A stretch of DNA of 64,000 nt from Methanobacteriota archaeon (GTDB taxonomy: Archaea; Thermoplasmatota; Thermoplasmata; RBG-16-68-12). The notes beneath the pieces were generated by a model. That model made no database searches and was not told the origin of the DNA. It saw nothing but the letters and a program-made list of their open reading frames with translations. The stretch covers positions 39-64,038 of the forward strand of contig VBMB01000135.1 in assembly GCA_005878525.1 (NCBI GenBank). Direction: 5' to 3'. The position numbers and the translations under genes are program-made. Shown piece by piece: positions 37,225 to 46,992 of this stretch; position 1 is the stretch's first letter, and every line of letters starts with the position of its first letter.

Positions 37225-38172
37225 TCACGGCGTCGGATCGGGCCGAGGAAGGAGCCCGGCCTCCCTCACGAGATCGGGCACGATTTCCTCCCATCCGATC
37301 GGCATGATGTGGACCCCGCGGACGCCCTCGATTTTCTTGAGTGCCTTGATCGTCCGCACCGCGATGCTCACACCTTCCGCCTTCGGATTCGGAGCGCGTT
37401 CCATTCGGTCCAAGATGTGTTTCGGGACGACCGCGCCCAGCTTCTCGACCATGAACCGGGCCATTTTCGCGGACTTTAGCGGGATGACGCCCGCGAGGAT
37501 GTACACCTTGTCGTGGAGCCATTCCTTCCGCACCAAGCGCATCCATTCCTCGAACGCGTCCACATCGTAGACGCCTTGGGTCTGGACGAAGTCCGCGCCC
37601 GCGGTGACCTTTGCTCGAAGCTTCCCAAATGATTCCTCCTTCGAACCGCGGAACGGGTCCGCAGCCGCGCCGATGAACACCTTGGGCGCCTGCTCGACTT
37701 TGTCGCCGCCCCGCAGGATCCCAGTGTCCCGCAGCGCTCGGAACGTCGCAATCATCTCCTCCGTGCTGAGGTCGAAGACGGCTTTCGCGTCTTTCTCGTT
37801 TCCTGCGGTCGGAGGGTCGCCCCACAGGCAGAGGACATTGTGGATTCCGAGGGCCGAGGCCCCGAGGAGATCCGATTGGAGGCCGATGCGGTTTCGGTCT
37901 CGCGAGACCATCTGCATAATCGGCTCGACGCCTTCTTGCAGGGCGATCGTCGCGGCAGCAAGGGAGGAAATGCGGACGAGCGCGCGCTGGCCATCGGTCA
38001 TGTTGCACGCATCCACAGTCCCCCGATAGACGGCCGCATGGCCTCGAATCTCCGACGCGTCGGCGGACGCCGGCGGGGCGATCTCCGCGGTCACCGCGAA
38101 CACCCCCGAGGCGAGGATCCGCTCGAGACGACTGCCCGCGCGGATCGCACGGCTCGCGACCTCCGCGGGCAT
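37225..38172 (-). CDS. metF: 5,10-methylenetetrahydrofolate reductase
   Basis: MTHFR TIM-barrel signatures (NVLCLWGDPP, FVQTQ). Confidence 0.75.
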   Translation of the reverse strand: MPAEVASRAIRAGSRLERILASGVFAVTAEIAPPASADASEIRGHAAVYRGTVDACNMTDGQRALVRISSLAAATIALQEGVEPIMQMVSRDRNRIGLQSDLLGASALGIHNVLCLWGDPPTAGNEKDAKAVFDLSTEEMIATFRALRDTGILRGGDKVEQAPKVFIGAAADPFRGSKEESFGKLRAKVTAGADFVQTQGVYDVDAFEEWMRLVRKEWLHDKVYILAGVIPLKSAKMARFMVEKLGAVVPKHILDRMERAPNPKAEGVSIAVRTIKALKKIEGVRGVHIMPIGWEEIVPDLVREAGLLPRPDPTP

Positions 38173-38233
38173 CGCGCGCGGGAATGCCGGAGGAGCTATC
38201 TAAGCTTCGGTCGATGGTACGAAGAAATCTCGA

Positions 38234-39385
38234 TTACCATCCGTATCGGTCGCACAGCTCGAGGGCGAGGATCATCCGATAGAATTCGCGCGCGTGGATT
38301 CCCAGCCACGGCTTTCGGAGGAGTACGGACAAGATCATTCGTGGGTTGACGGCCCGCCAATCGAGTCCGTCCAATTCCTCGCCGACGGAATTCATCAGGC
38401 GATCACCCCATCGACGGATGCGCTCGATCATCCAGAACAGGAGAGGGTCGAGGAACGGGGACGCTTTCATCGCCCGGTCATAGGTCATCATGGACGTCGG
38501 ATCCTCCCGCTCCAATGCGGTCACCGCGAACTCGCCCGCGATTCGCCCGCTGAAGATTCCGGGGTGGATCCCCGCCCCATTGAGCGGGTTCGTGATGCCC
38601 GCGGCATCTCCCGCGATTGCCAAGCCGGGAGCCGCGAGCGCGGTCAGGTCGTACCGCGACGGAATCGAACCGGCGATGGTCTGCGTCTTCCGGTCGACGT
38701 CGATGCCGAACTTGCGGCAGAAGTCCACCGTGGCGGCGTGCGCGTCGATGTGACCTCCGGCGCCGACATTGACTGAATCGCCTTTCGGGAAGATCCACGC
38801 GTAACCGCCCTTGTACGCTTCGCCGATGTAGAGGAGGAAGAACTGCGGATCCAGGAGGGGGACGTCTTCGCGGCGGAACCGGTACTCGTATGCGCCGATT
38901 CGTTCGAGGCTCCTCACGAGGCCCGCCTGGCGCGCAACGAAGCTCGCCGGTCCGTCCGCACCGATCACGATGTGCGTATCAATCGTCTGGCCGTTCGCCT
39001 CGACCCGCCATCCGCCGTCGTGACGGGTAATCCCGGTGACCTTGGTCGATGTGCGCAGCTCGGCGCCATCGTCCACCGCGCCGTCGACGAGCCAGCGATC
39101 GAACATCGGGCGGTTGATCGCGTAGCCCGGAAGGCGGGTGATGTAGAACCAGGTCCCGTTCGGCACGATGCATTTCGCGCCGGAGACGCGCTGGGCGACC
39201 CACTCATCCCGAGGTCGGAGGCCGTTCGACGCGAGTCCGAACTCGCTCACGCCTTCCGCGCACTGGACGGGCTCTCCGACGACTTTCTTCTTCTCAAGGA
39301 TCGCGGTCCGGAAGCCCGCGGCGGCGAGGGCCCGTGCGGCCATTCCGCCGGCCGGTCCGGCGCCCACCACGACCGCGTCGTACAT
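38234..39385 (-). CDS. Geranylgeranyl reductase family FAD-dependent oxidoreductase
   Basis: YDAVVVGAGPAGG FAD-binding motif; GDAAG motif. Confidence 0.8.
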   Translation of the reverse strand: MYDAVVVGAGPAGGMAARALAAAGFRTAILEKKKVVGEPVQCAEGVSEFGLASNGLRPRDEWVAQRVSGAKCIVPNGTWFYITRLPGYAINRPMFDRWLVDGAVDDGAELRTSTKVTGITRHDGGWRVEANGQTIDTHIVIGADGPASFVARQAGLVRSLERIGAYEYRFRREDVPLLDPQFFLLYIGEAYKGGYAWIFPKGDSVNVGAGGHIDAHAATVDFCRKFGIDVDRKTQTIAGSIPSRYDLTALAAPGLAIAGDAAGITNPLNGAGIHPGIFSGRIAGEFAVTALEREDPTSMMTYDRAMKASPFLDPLLFWMIERIRRWGDRLMNSVGEELDGLDWRAVNPRMILSVLLRKPWLGIHAREFYRMILALELCDRYGW

Positions 39386-39420
39386 TCGGAGATGGTGAGG
39401 GAATCGGGGCTATTTCGGCC

Positions 39421-39948
39421 TTACGCGGTCGCCTCTGCCGGGAACCGCATCGCGAGGTCTTCGCCATGGGCCGTCGGGCGGTACACATACGGAGGCACGC
39501 CTCGTCGGACCGCCGGGCCGCGCTGCTTGGTGATCAGCTGCACGGCCATCAGGACCCGCAGGCTGTTGACCGTCGTGTACTCGGAGAGACCGAGCTCCTC
39601 GGTAACCTCGGTCACGCTCGCGTCCGGGTGGAGGTGCAGAAAGCGAAGGATCGTGACCGTGTTCCGGTCCAGGACCTCCGCGGTCTGCTTCTGTTCCGGC
39701 CGCGGCTCGAGCTCGAGCCGCTCGTAGACGCGCTTGCCTTGTTCGGAAGGTGAGACGACAACGTTCAGGAGCGCGGTCTTCTCGATCTCCAGCAAATGCT
39801 TCGCGACGGCCGCGGGAGCGATGCCCATCTGGGCCGCCAGCTCGGGGATCTTCGAATCCCGATTGCGGTACACCTTGTTCTCCACGACGATCGTGAGGAC
39901 CTCGCGCTGACGTTCCGTGAGGAGGCGAGACCAGTCGCTAGAGTGCAT
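39421..39948 (-). CDS. HTH-type transcriptional regulator
   Basis: wHTH segments; start set at MHSSDWS. Diverges from folD. Confidence 0.55.
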   Translation of the reverse strand: MHSSDWSRLLTERQREVLTIVVENKVYRNRDSKIPELAAQMGIAPAAVAKHLLEIEKTALLNVVVSPSEQGKRVYERLELEPRPEQKQTAEVLDRNTVTILRFLHLHPDASVTEVTEELGLSEYTTVNSLRVLMAVQLITKQRGPAVRRGVPPYVYRPTAHGEDLAMRFPAEATA

Positions 39949-40124
39949 CCGGCCGCCGAACGTCGCGACCGGACTTAAGCGTTTTCGTGGAACGCCGCCG
40001 GAGGGTCGTTGTCTGACGACATCGGCGTACGATTCTGTGGCACCCGTCGGTGTGTCGGACGCACGCCGCATGTCTCGCGCTCAAGGCTATATCGAGCGAA
40101 CCGATTCCGCCTTGAGGTGCCCAC

Positions 40125-41027
40125 GTGCCCGGCAACGTCATCGATGGTAAGCGGATTGCGGACGACGTTCGGACCGAGCTGAAGCCGCGGACCTCGAAGC
40201 TCGCGGATGAGGGCGTGGTCCCCGGACTCGCGGCGGTCCTCGTCGGGGAAAATCCCGCGTCGCAACTCTACGTCAAGATGAAAGGGAAAGCCTCCGAGGA
40301 GATGGGCATGGCCCACTGGACGATTGAGCTCCCTGGCGATGTACCCGAGGTTCGTCTCCTCCAGGAAATCGGACGATTGAACAGCGATCCGAAGGTCCAC
40401 GGGATCCTCGTCCAGCAGCCGTTGCCCGACCAGATCTCGGTAGACAAGGCGGTCTCCGCGGTGAGCCCGCTCAAGGACGTGGACTGCTTCCACCCCGTGA
40501 ACGTCGGCCTCGTGCTGATTGGCCGCCCGCGGTTCGCGCCCGCCACGCCCTCCGGCGTCGTCGAGCTCCTCACGCGGAGCGGGTACGATCCGAGCGGGCG
40601 GGACGTCGTGATCGTGGGCCGAAGCAACATCGTTGGGAAACCGCTCGCCGCCCTCCTGATGCAGAAGGGTCCCAAGGCGAATGCGACGGTCACGGTCGTC
40701 CATAGCGGGACGCACGAACTCGCGGCGCACACGAGACGGGCCGAGATCCTTATCGCGGCGATGGGCTCCCCGCGATTCATCAAGGCGGACATGGTCAACA
40801 AGGGCGCCGTCGTCATCGACGTCGGGATCAATCGAGTCCGCGATGAGAGCGTGAAGAGCGGCTATCGCACAGTCGGCGACGTGGACTTTGATGCCGTGCG
40901 TCCAAAGGTGGAGGCGATCTCGCCCGTCCCCGGAGGCGTGGGACCGATGACGATCGCGATGCTCCTCTCGAATACGGTGTATGCGGCGGAGCTCGCCTTG
41001 AGAGCCGCCGGCCCCGCCCCAACGTAA
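40125..41027 (+). CDS. folD: Bifunctional methylenetetrahydrofolate dehydrogenase / methenyltetrahydrofolate cyclohydrolase
   Basis: FolD signatures (HGILVQ.PLP, VVIVGRSNIVGKP). GTG start; a TATA-like GCTATATC lies 35 bp upstream. Confidence 0.9.
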   Translation: MPGNVIDGKRIADDVRTELKPRTSKLADEGVVPGLAAVLVGENPASQLYVKMKGKASEEMGMAHWTIELPGDVPEVRLLQEIGRLNSDPKVHGILVQQPLPDQISVDKAVSAVSPLKDVDCFHPVNVGLVLIGRPRFAPATPSGVVELLTRSGYDPSGRDVVIVGRSNIVGKPLAALLMQKGPKANATVTVVHSGTHELAAHTRRAEILIAAMGSPRFIKADMVNKGAVVIDVGINRVRDESVKSGYRTVGDVDFDAVRPKVEAISPVPGGVGPMTIAMLLSNTVYAAELALRAAGPAPT

Positions 41028-41072
41028 CGGCTATCCTTCGCTACACCGATTCCTCCCGCCTCGGAGGGTGGT

Positions 41073-41419
41073 CCGACGATCACGGGCGTTCAAGACGTCT
41101 ACTACGAAGTCCAGGACATGAAACGCGCGATCGCGTTCTACCGAAATGTGCTGAATCTGGCGGTAACGGAGGAGAGCGCCGACTGGAGCGCCATGAACGT
41201 GGCAGGTCTCCGCGTCGGGCTCGATTCGACCGACGGCAAGCCGACCCCGAAGCGCGCCATCTTGACGTTCAAGACGACGGATATCCGAGCCACGTCAAGC
41301 GACTCCGAAACAAAGGCGTGAAGTTCGTCGGGGAAATCGGGGACTATCCGTGGGGCAGTGTCGTGACGTTCGAGGATTCCGAAGGGTCTTTCCTCAAGCT
41401 CATGCAGCCGCCGAAGTGA
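41073..41419 (+). pseudogene. VOC (glyoxalase/bleomycin-resistance) family gene disrupted by a frameshift and lacking a canonical start codon
   Basis: The N-terminal half (VQDVYYEVQDMKRAIAFYRNVLNL...FKTTDI) and the C-terminal half (VKRLRNKGVKFVGEIGDYPWGSVVTFEDSEGSFLKLMQPPK) are in different frames, with the switch near 41290. Confidence 0.5.
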
Positions 41420-41484
41420 TCCGGATGTTGGGCGCGCGTGCGCGAAACTAGAAATCCCGACAGCCACTTTCTCCGCGTCGGATC

Positions 41485-42810
41485 ATGAAGGTCCTGGTGG
41501 TTGGGGGCGGCGGCCGCGAGCATGCGATCGTCGAAGCGCTCCATCGAAGTCAGGCGGACGTCTACGCCGCCATGTCGAACCAGAATCCCGGCATCCGTCG
41601 GCGCTCGAAAGACGTCGTCCTTGGGGACGTGACCGACGTCGAGCGCATCGTCTCCTGGGGGAAGGGGCACGGGATCGAACTCGCGGTGATCGGACCGGAG
41701 GCGCCGCTCGAGAAAGGCATCACGGATGCCCTCGAGGCCGCCGCGATTCCGACGGTCGGCCCATCCCGGGAAGCGGCTCAGCTCGAGACGAACAAGGAAT
41801 TCACACGGACTCTGATGCGGGAGCATCAGATTCCCGGGGTCCCGCCATTCTGGGCGTTCGACAATCTCGCGGGCTTCGAAGAGTTCGTGAACGACTCGGA
41901 CTTCGAGTTCGTGATTAAGCCCCTCGGCCTGACGGGCGGCAAAGGCGTGCGCGTCTGGGGCGATCACTTCTCGAGCAAGGCGGAGGCGCTGGCGTACGGC
42001 CGCGAGATCCTCGATAAGAAGATCGGCGGCGTGGCGCGATTCCTCATCGAGGAAAAACTCGTCGGGGAGGAGTTCTCCCTCCAGGCGTTCTGCGACGGCC
42101 GGGCGCTCGTCCCGATGCCGCTGGCCCAGGATCACAAGCGCGCGTATGAGGGGGACAAGGGACCGAACACGGGGGGCATGGGCTCGTACAGCGACGCGGA
42201 CCACCGGTTGCCCTTCCTCACGAAGGAGGACTTCGACCACGCCCTCGAGACGATGACGAAGACCGTGGAGGCGATGGCCGCGCGCGGCACCCCGTTCAAA
42301 GGCATCCTGTACGGCGGCTTCATGGCGACGAAAGACGGTCCCATGCTGTTGGAGTACAACGTCCGGTTCGCGGATCCGGAATCGATGAACGTCCTCCCAA
42401 TCCTCGAGACGGACTTCCTCGAAGTCTGTTCGCGCCTCACCGCAGGAAACCTCCCGTCCGGCGTCTCGTTCGCCCGCAAGGCCACGGTATGCAAGTACAT
42501 CGTCCCGATGGGGTACGGCTCGCATCCGAAGGCGGGGGAGCAGCTCAAGGTCGACGAAGAGAGCATTCGCCGCACCGGGGCGAAACTCAATTACGCGAGC
42601 GTCGACGAGAGAGGCGGACACCTGTACACGACGTCCTCTCGGTCCCTCGCGATCGTCGGGATCGCGTCGAATCTCGCGGACGCCGAGTCGATCTCCGAGG
42701 AGGCCCTGGCCTTCGTCTCGGGGAGCTTCTACGCGCGGCGGGACATCGGCAAGCCCGAGGTCATTCAGCGCAAGGTCGAACGGATGCGCAAGATCCGCGA
42801 AGGCCACTGA
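41485..42810 (+). CDS. purD: Phosphoribosylamine--glycine ligase
   Basis: MKVLVVGGGGREHA N-terminus and ATP-grasp motifs. Confidence 0.95.
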   Translation: MKVLVVGGGGREHAIVEALHRSQADVYAAMSNQNPGIRRRSKDVVLGDVTDVERIVSWGKGHGIELAVIGPEAPLEKGITDALEAAAIPTVGPSREAAQLETNKEFTRTLMREHQIPGVPPFWAFDNLAGFEEFVNDSDFEFVIKPLGLTGGKGVRVWGDHFSSKAEALAYGREILDKKIGGVARFLIEEKLVGEEFSLQAFCDGRALVPMPLAQDHKRAYEGDKGPNTGGMGSYSDADHRLPFLTKEDFDHALETMTKTVEAMAARGTPFKGILYGGFMATKDGPMLLEYNVRFADPESMNVLPILETDFLEVCSRLTAGNLPSGVSFARKATVCKYIVPMGYGSHPKAGEQLKVDEESIRRTGAKLNYASVDERGGHLYTTSSRSLAIVGIASNLADAESISEEALAFVSGSFYARRDIGKPEVIQRKVERMRKIREGH

Positions 42811-42966
42811 GTCCGACGGCGGAGAAACGGCGCCATCTTCGCACGACCGGACGCCAACGGAGACTGAGGCGCTCCTCGCACATCTCGATAGTTCTCGTAC
42901 TTTCCGCGACCCCTCCCGAACATCGTTAAATACCCCCGCCGCTTCGACCGGCCCAAAGGTGTCATC

Positions 42967-43350
42967 ATGGCAGACCGACCAAAACCCGGAGCGATTGTGC
43001 ACGTCGAGTTCCACGTCAAGGAACCGAAGAAGGTGGAGAAGTTCTATGAGAGCCTGTTCGGTTGGAAATTCCAAGAGGTGCCGGGGATGAACTACTCGTT
43101 GTTCCAAGCGCCGAGCGGCCCGGCGGGAGGCATCGGTGGCCTGCAGCCCGGGAACTGGCAACCGGGCGTCATCAACTACATTTTGGTGAACTCGGTCGAC
43201 GAGCACGTCGAGAAGATCAAGAAGGCGGGCGGCAAGATCGTCGCGCCGAAGAACGAGGTGCCGGGCCAGGGATGGTTCGCCATCTTCGAGGATCCTTCGG
43301 GGACTCGCTTGGCTCTCTGGCAACAGAATCCCAACGCCCCGCAAATGTAG
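42967..43350 (+). CDS. VOC family protein (glyoxalase-like)
   Basis: 127 aa; the HVEFHV N-terminal strand and a GG..GG loop typical of the VOC fold. Confidence 0.7.
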   Translation: MADRPKPGAIVHVEFHVKEPKKVEKFYESLFGWKFQEVPGMNYSLFQAPSGPAGGIGGLQPGNWQPGVINYILVNSVDEHVEKIKKAGGKIVAPKNEVPGQGWFAIFEDPSGTRLALWQQNPNAPQM

Positions 43351-43436
43351 CCGCCAGGCGACCAAGCCACCCCGTCCGTCGACTTGAGTTCCGGCGCCAG
43401 ACGAAACCTTAAGACGCGCGGGGCACGTCCCTCCTC

Positions 43437-43838
43437 GTGGAGAAGTTCGACAAGTCGAAGCTTCGGCAACAGCTCTCGCCGTTGCAGTACGACGTCTGCA
43501 TCAACAAAGGGACCGAGCGGCCCTTCACCGGAGAATACTGGAACAACCACGACCCGGGTGTGTACATCTGCGTCGTCTGTGGGCGAGACCTATTCGCCTC
43601 GGACACGAAGTACGACTCCGGGACGGGCTGGCCGAGTTTCTGGGCGCCGGTCCGGAAGGAAAGCATCGATGAAAAGGCGGATCGCAGTTTGTTCATGCGG
43701 CGGACCGAGGTCGAGTGCGCCAACTGCGGGGCCCACTTGGGGCATGTGTTCGACGACGGTCCGAGGCCGACGGGTCTCCGGTATTGCATCAATTCAGCTT
43801 CGCTCAAGTTCCGTCGCGGAGGAAAGGGCCCGGGCTAA
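43437..43838 (+). CDS. msrB: Peptide methionine sulfoxide reductase MsrB
   Basis: CxxC...CxxC zinc site and RYCINSA catalytic motif. GTG start. Confidence 0.9.
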   Translation: MEKFDKSKLRQQLSPLQYDVCINKGTERPFTGEYWNNHDPGVYICVVCGRDLFASDTKYDSGTGWPSFWAPVRKESIDEKADRSLFMRRTEVECANCGAHLGHVFDDGPRPTGLRYCINSASLKFRRGGKGPG

Positions 43839-43853
43839 TCCTCAAATAACGGG

Positions 43854-44489
43854 ATGGGCCATCCTCGCGGCGTGAAGAATCTCGATGACGTCATCTCCGA
43901 GATCGAGGGCCGGTTGGACGAGAAAGACGAGGTCCGAGAGCTGACGATCAAGTCGTCCCGCACGATCGCTCGGCTGAGCGGGAGCGCGATCCAAGCGATG
44001 CACCGGGGCCAGGATGTTGGCACGGCGCTCCAGGAGACGCGCGAGGAGATCCTAAAGCTCCGGAGCCTTCTGAAGGACCATCCGGACCTGTACCACACGG
44101 GGATCGTCGAGAACGCGATGCAGGAAGCGGGCGAGGCGTTCCTCGTCCATGCGATCCTGGAACAGGATCCCCTTCCCAGTCCGAGGGACCTGGGCCTCAC
44201 CGACACCGCGTACCTCCTCGGCCTCGGAGACGTCGTCGGGGAGCTCCGCCGATTCGCACTCGAGCACCTGCGTCGCGGGGATGTGAAACTGGCGTCCGCC
44301 TTCTTGGAGAAGATGGAACGGATTCTGGACTCCCTCATGCGCTTCGACTATCCGACGGCTTTGGTCGCCCTCAAGCGCAAGCAGGACGTCGCGCGCAGCC
44401 TGATCGAGAAGACCCGCGGCGAGGTCGCTGTCGCGTCGCGGAGCCAGGAGCTCGCCGACAAACTCGACTCGGTCCGCGAGAAACTCTGA
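43854..44489 (+). CDS. Translin family protein
   Basis: All-helical 211-aa protein whose conserved helix pattern matches archaeal translin/TRAX-like proteins. Confidence 0.6.
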   Translation: MGHPRGVKNLDDVISEIEGRLDEKDEVRELTIKSSRTIARLSGSAIQAMHRGQDVGTALQETREEILKLRSLLKDHPDLYHTGIVENAMQEAGEAFLVHAILEQDPLPSPRDLGLTDTAYLLGLGDVVGELRRFALEHLRRGDVKLASAFLEKMERILDSLMRFDYPTALVALKRKQDVARSLIEKTRGEVAVASRSQELADKLDSVREKL

Positions 44490-44711
44490 AGCGCACCGGG
44501 GATGCCCGCCAGGAGGTGAAACCCGCATAATGGGTTCACTCTCGATCCGGTGACGATCGGACAGCGGATTGTCGGCGGCATTGGACCTTGCAGGACGTGC
44601 GGAGATCCATCGACATTCGGGTCTAGGCAGCCTACGACTCGAGGATCGGATGGAAATCCGAGTGTCTTCGCTTCGTGCTCAGGTCGGCGAAGAAGTCGAG
44701 TCGGCTGCTCG

Positions 44712-44756
44712 ACAAGTACCATCCACAACCGGTTGCAGAAAACGAGGCGTTCCCCG
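44712..44756 (+). repeat. Diverged third copy of the 29-nt block found in the 34730 and 34888 units
   Basis: ACAAGTACCATCCACAAC then a 12-nt insertion then ACGAGGCGTTCCCCGG, compared with ACAAGCATCCCTCCACAACGAGGCCGTTCCCCGG. Confidence 0.35.
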
Positions 44757-44823
44757 GAGACGGGAAGCAAGGCATCGTGTGCGGGCGTCGCTAAATGCGC
44801 GTCTCGCGGGCTGCAAAAAGGGT

Positions 44824-45708
44824 ATGGTTCTGATCGTGATTACGTCGAACGTGGTATCATCCGTCTTCGCCAGCCGGGAGTGCGGGCTTTTGCTTGGAGA
44901 CGCCCGAGAAGTGCTCCGAACCCTGGCTGATGATTCCGTGGACTGCACCGTCACGAGCCCGCCGTACTACAGCGGACGTCGGCACGTCGGCGACACTGTC
45001 CTCGAAATCGGAAGCGAAAAGACCGTGGAGGAATACGTTGAAGCCCTCGCGTCCGTCGGGAAAGAGTTGTACCGTGTTACAAGGCCCACGGGAAGTTACT
45101 GGCTCAATCTCGACGACAAGTGCGAACGGAAGGAATGGCTGGGAATCCCATGGCGCGTCGCATTCGCGATGCGAGAAATTGGATGGAAAATCAGAAGCGA
45201 GGTGATCTGGCACAAGCCAACGCATGTCCGTAACGCGGCCAAGGACCGACTGACTCCTGCCCACGAGCTGCTCTTCTACTTTGTGAAAAGCAAAGACGCG
45301 TACTACGACATGGATGCGATCAGAAGACCCTCATCGCCACCGATTTGGGGGAAGAATGGTGTCGTGAAAACTCGGAGGGGCAGCGTGCCGACGGATGTCT
45401 GGACCCTTCAAATCGAGGACTCCACTTCTCCTGAGAATCCCTATGCGGCGTTTCCTGAAGCATTGGTTGAACTTCCAATCCGAGCCACATGCCCCCGAGG
45501 CGGAACCGTGCTCGATCCTTTTGTCGGGAGCGGCACGACGGCAGTGGTCGCACTGAGACTCGGGAGGAAGGCCATCGGGATCGACGCCTCAGCCGATTGC
45601 CTCGAGTTCACCAAGAAACGAATCCTGGAGGTCAGGGGACAGCCCGCAACTCCTCGACAAACCCCGTTCAATCACGCCGTGAAGGTGAGCCATGGGTGCA
45701 TGCGCTGA
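44824..45708 (+). CDS. Beta-class N4-cytosine or N6-adenine DNA methyltransferase; no cognate restriction enzyme is recognisable
   Basis: Motif IV SPPY precedes motif I DPFVGSGTT. Start at MVLIVITSN. GC content and third-position usage are clearly lower than in surrounding genes. Confidence 0.8.
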   Translation: MVLIVITSNVVSSVFASRECGLLLGDAREVLRTLADDSVDCTVTSPPYYSGRRHVGDTVLEIGSEKTVEEYVEALASVGKELYRVTRPTGSYWLNLDDKCERKEWLGIPWRVAFAMREIGWKIRSEVIWHKPTHVRNAAKDRLTPAHELLFYFVKSKDAYYDMDAIRRPSSPPIWGKNGVVKTRRGSVPTDVWTLQIEDSTSPENPYAAFPEALVELPIRATCPRGGTVLDPFVGSGTTAVVALRLGRKAIGIDASADCLEFTKKRILEVRGQPATPRQTPFNHAVKVSHGCMR

Positions 45709-45832
45709 GTGCGGAGCGGAAACACGGTTCGAATGGGTCCGGCCGGATGTTTGGAAGCAGAAGATCGAACAGGTCGGACTCGAGGACATCCTCTGCTTGC
45801 GCTGTTACACCCGCCTCCATTGGTCGTAGGGC
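45692..45832 (+). CDS. Small zinc-ribbon protein (46 aa, CAECG...CLRC)
   Basis: Overlaps the methyltransferase 3' end by 17 nt. Below the ORF-track size cut-off; same low-GC islet. Confidence 0.35.
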
Positions 45833-46095
45833 GAATGGCGTGAACAATCCCGTATGGTCGCATGAGCGCGTATTTCAGAACTGCAGGCGACGGTGAAGTC
45901 ATTTGAGAGCTTTGAACTCATTCGTTGAAGCCTATGCTCTCTGCCTTGGGCTACCGCGTGCGTCTCGGTACGGTATACGTTATCAGCCTCGATTCCGGGG
46001 TCGGAATTCATTTAAAAAGCCGCAGGCATCGAATCGCGCATTCTACCCAGCGAGGGCCCGCCCTCCCGACAGAGGGACCGGCACCCAGGGGGAAC

Positions 46096-46992
46096 ATGAC
46101 CATGGCGGACATCGAGAAAGTGGCGAGCGGGATTCCCGGACTCGACGATCTCATCGAAGGCGGATTCTGGCCGAAGTCGACTGTCGTCATCCTGGGCTCG
46201 AGCGGGACGGGTAAGTCCACATTCGCGATCCAATTCCTGATGGAAGGCATCGAGCAAGGCGAGCAGGCGCTGTACGTCACCCTGGAGGAACCTCCGGAAC
46301 AGATCATGCGCGAGGCCGACCTGATGGGCTTCGACATGCGCAAGTACTACGAGAAGAGCCTCTTTTTCATCCATCTCAAAGGCCGCAATTTCAAGAAGAT
46401 GATCGAGGAGCAGCTGCCGCAACTCGTCAAGGCGCGCGCGGACTACAACATCAAGACGCGCGTCGTGATCGACCCAATGACGCCGGTCATTTGGGCGACC
46501 GCGGAGAAGCTCGAGCAACGCGAGTTGATCGGCAAGTTGTTCTACACGCTCAAGGAGCTCGGCGTCGTCCTGTGCACCGTCGAGGAGCACGCGAAGCCCG
46601 GGGAGACAATCGGCGAGGACGTGCTCCTGCCGATCTACCTGTCCGACGGCGCGATCCAGCTCGAGTACTATCCGATCGGCGGGGCGTTCAACCGGACCGT
46701 GAAACTCCTGAAGATGCGCGGCGTCCACCACGGCGAAGGCGTGTACCCGTACCTGTTCGCGCGCGGCGTGGGCATCGTGGTCCGCTCGAGTCCGACTCAG
46801 ATCCCCGAGGAGCAGAGCCGGAGCCACGTCAAGACGTTCGACGAGGCGATCAAGACCGCCGAGGCGATGAAGGCCCCTGCCCGCGTGATCGAACGGATCA
46901 AGCGGATGCAGAAGCACTGGGACTACGACTACTCGCCGGAAGAGGCCCTGCAGATCCTGTTCAGTTCGTACGGGTTGAAGCGGGGCGGATAG
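46096..46992 (+). CDS. KaiC-like RecA-superfamily ATPase with C-terminal extension
   Basis: SGIPGLDDLIEGG, Walker A GSSGTGKST, Walker B VVIDP. Start at the MTMADIEK ATG. Confidence 0.8.
   Translation: MTMADIEKVASGIPGLDDLIEGGFWPKSTVVILGSSGTGKSTFAIQFLMEGIEQGEQALYVTLEEPPEQIMREADLMGFDMRKYYEKSLFFIHLKGRNFKKMIEEQLPQLVKARADYNIKTRVVIDPMTPVIWATAEKLEQRELIGKLFYTLKELGVVLCTVEEHAKPGETIGEDVLLPIYLSDGAIQLEYYPIGGAFNRTVKLLKMRGVHHGEGVYPYLFARGVGIVVRSSPTQIPEEQSRSHVKTFDEAIKTAEAMKAPARVIERIKRMQKHWDYDYSPEEALQILFSSYGLKRGG

Noticed and set aside
41344-43365. 673-aa minus-strand ORF opposite purD, VOC and msrB
   Set aside because: Arg/Asp/Gly-rich low-complexity translation typical of antisense frames in high-GC DNA; the plus strand carries strongly supported purD.
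44569-44823. N-terminal 85-codon extension of the DNA methyltransferase ORF
   Set aside because: The extension is low-complexity and precedes the MVLIV Met, which gives a normal-length beta-class methyltransferase. The region also contains the diverged 29-mer repeat copy.
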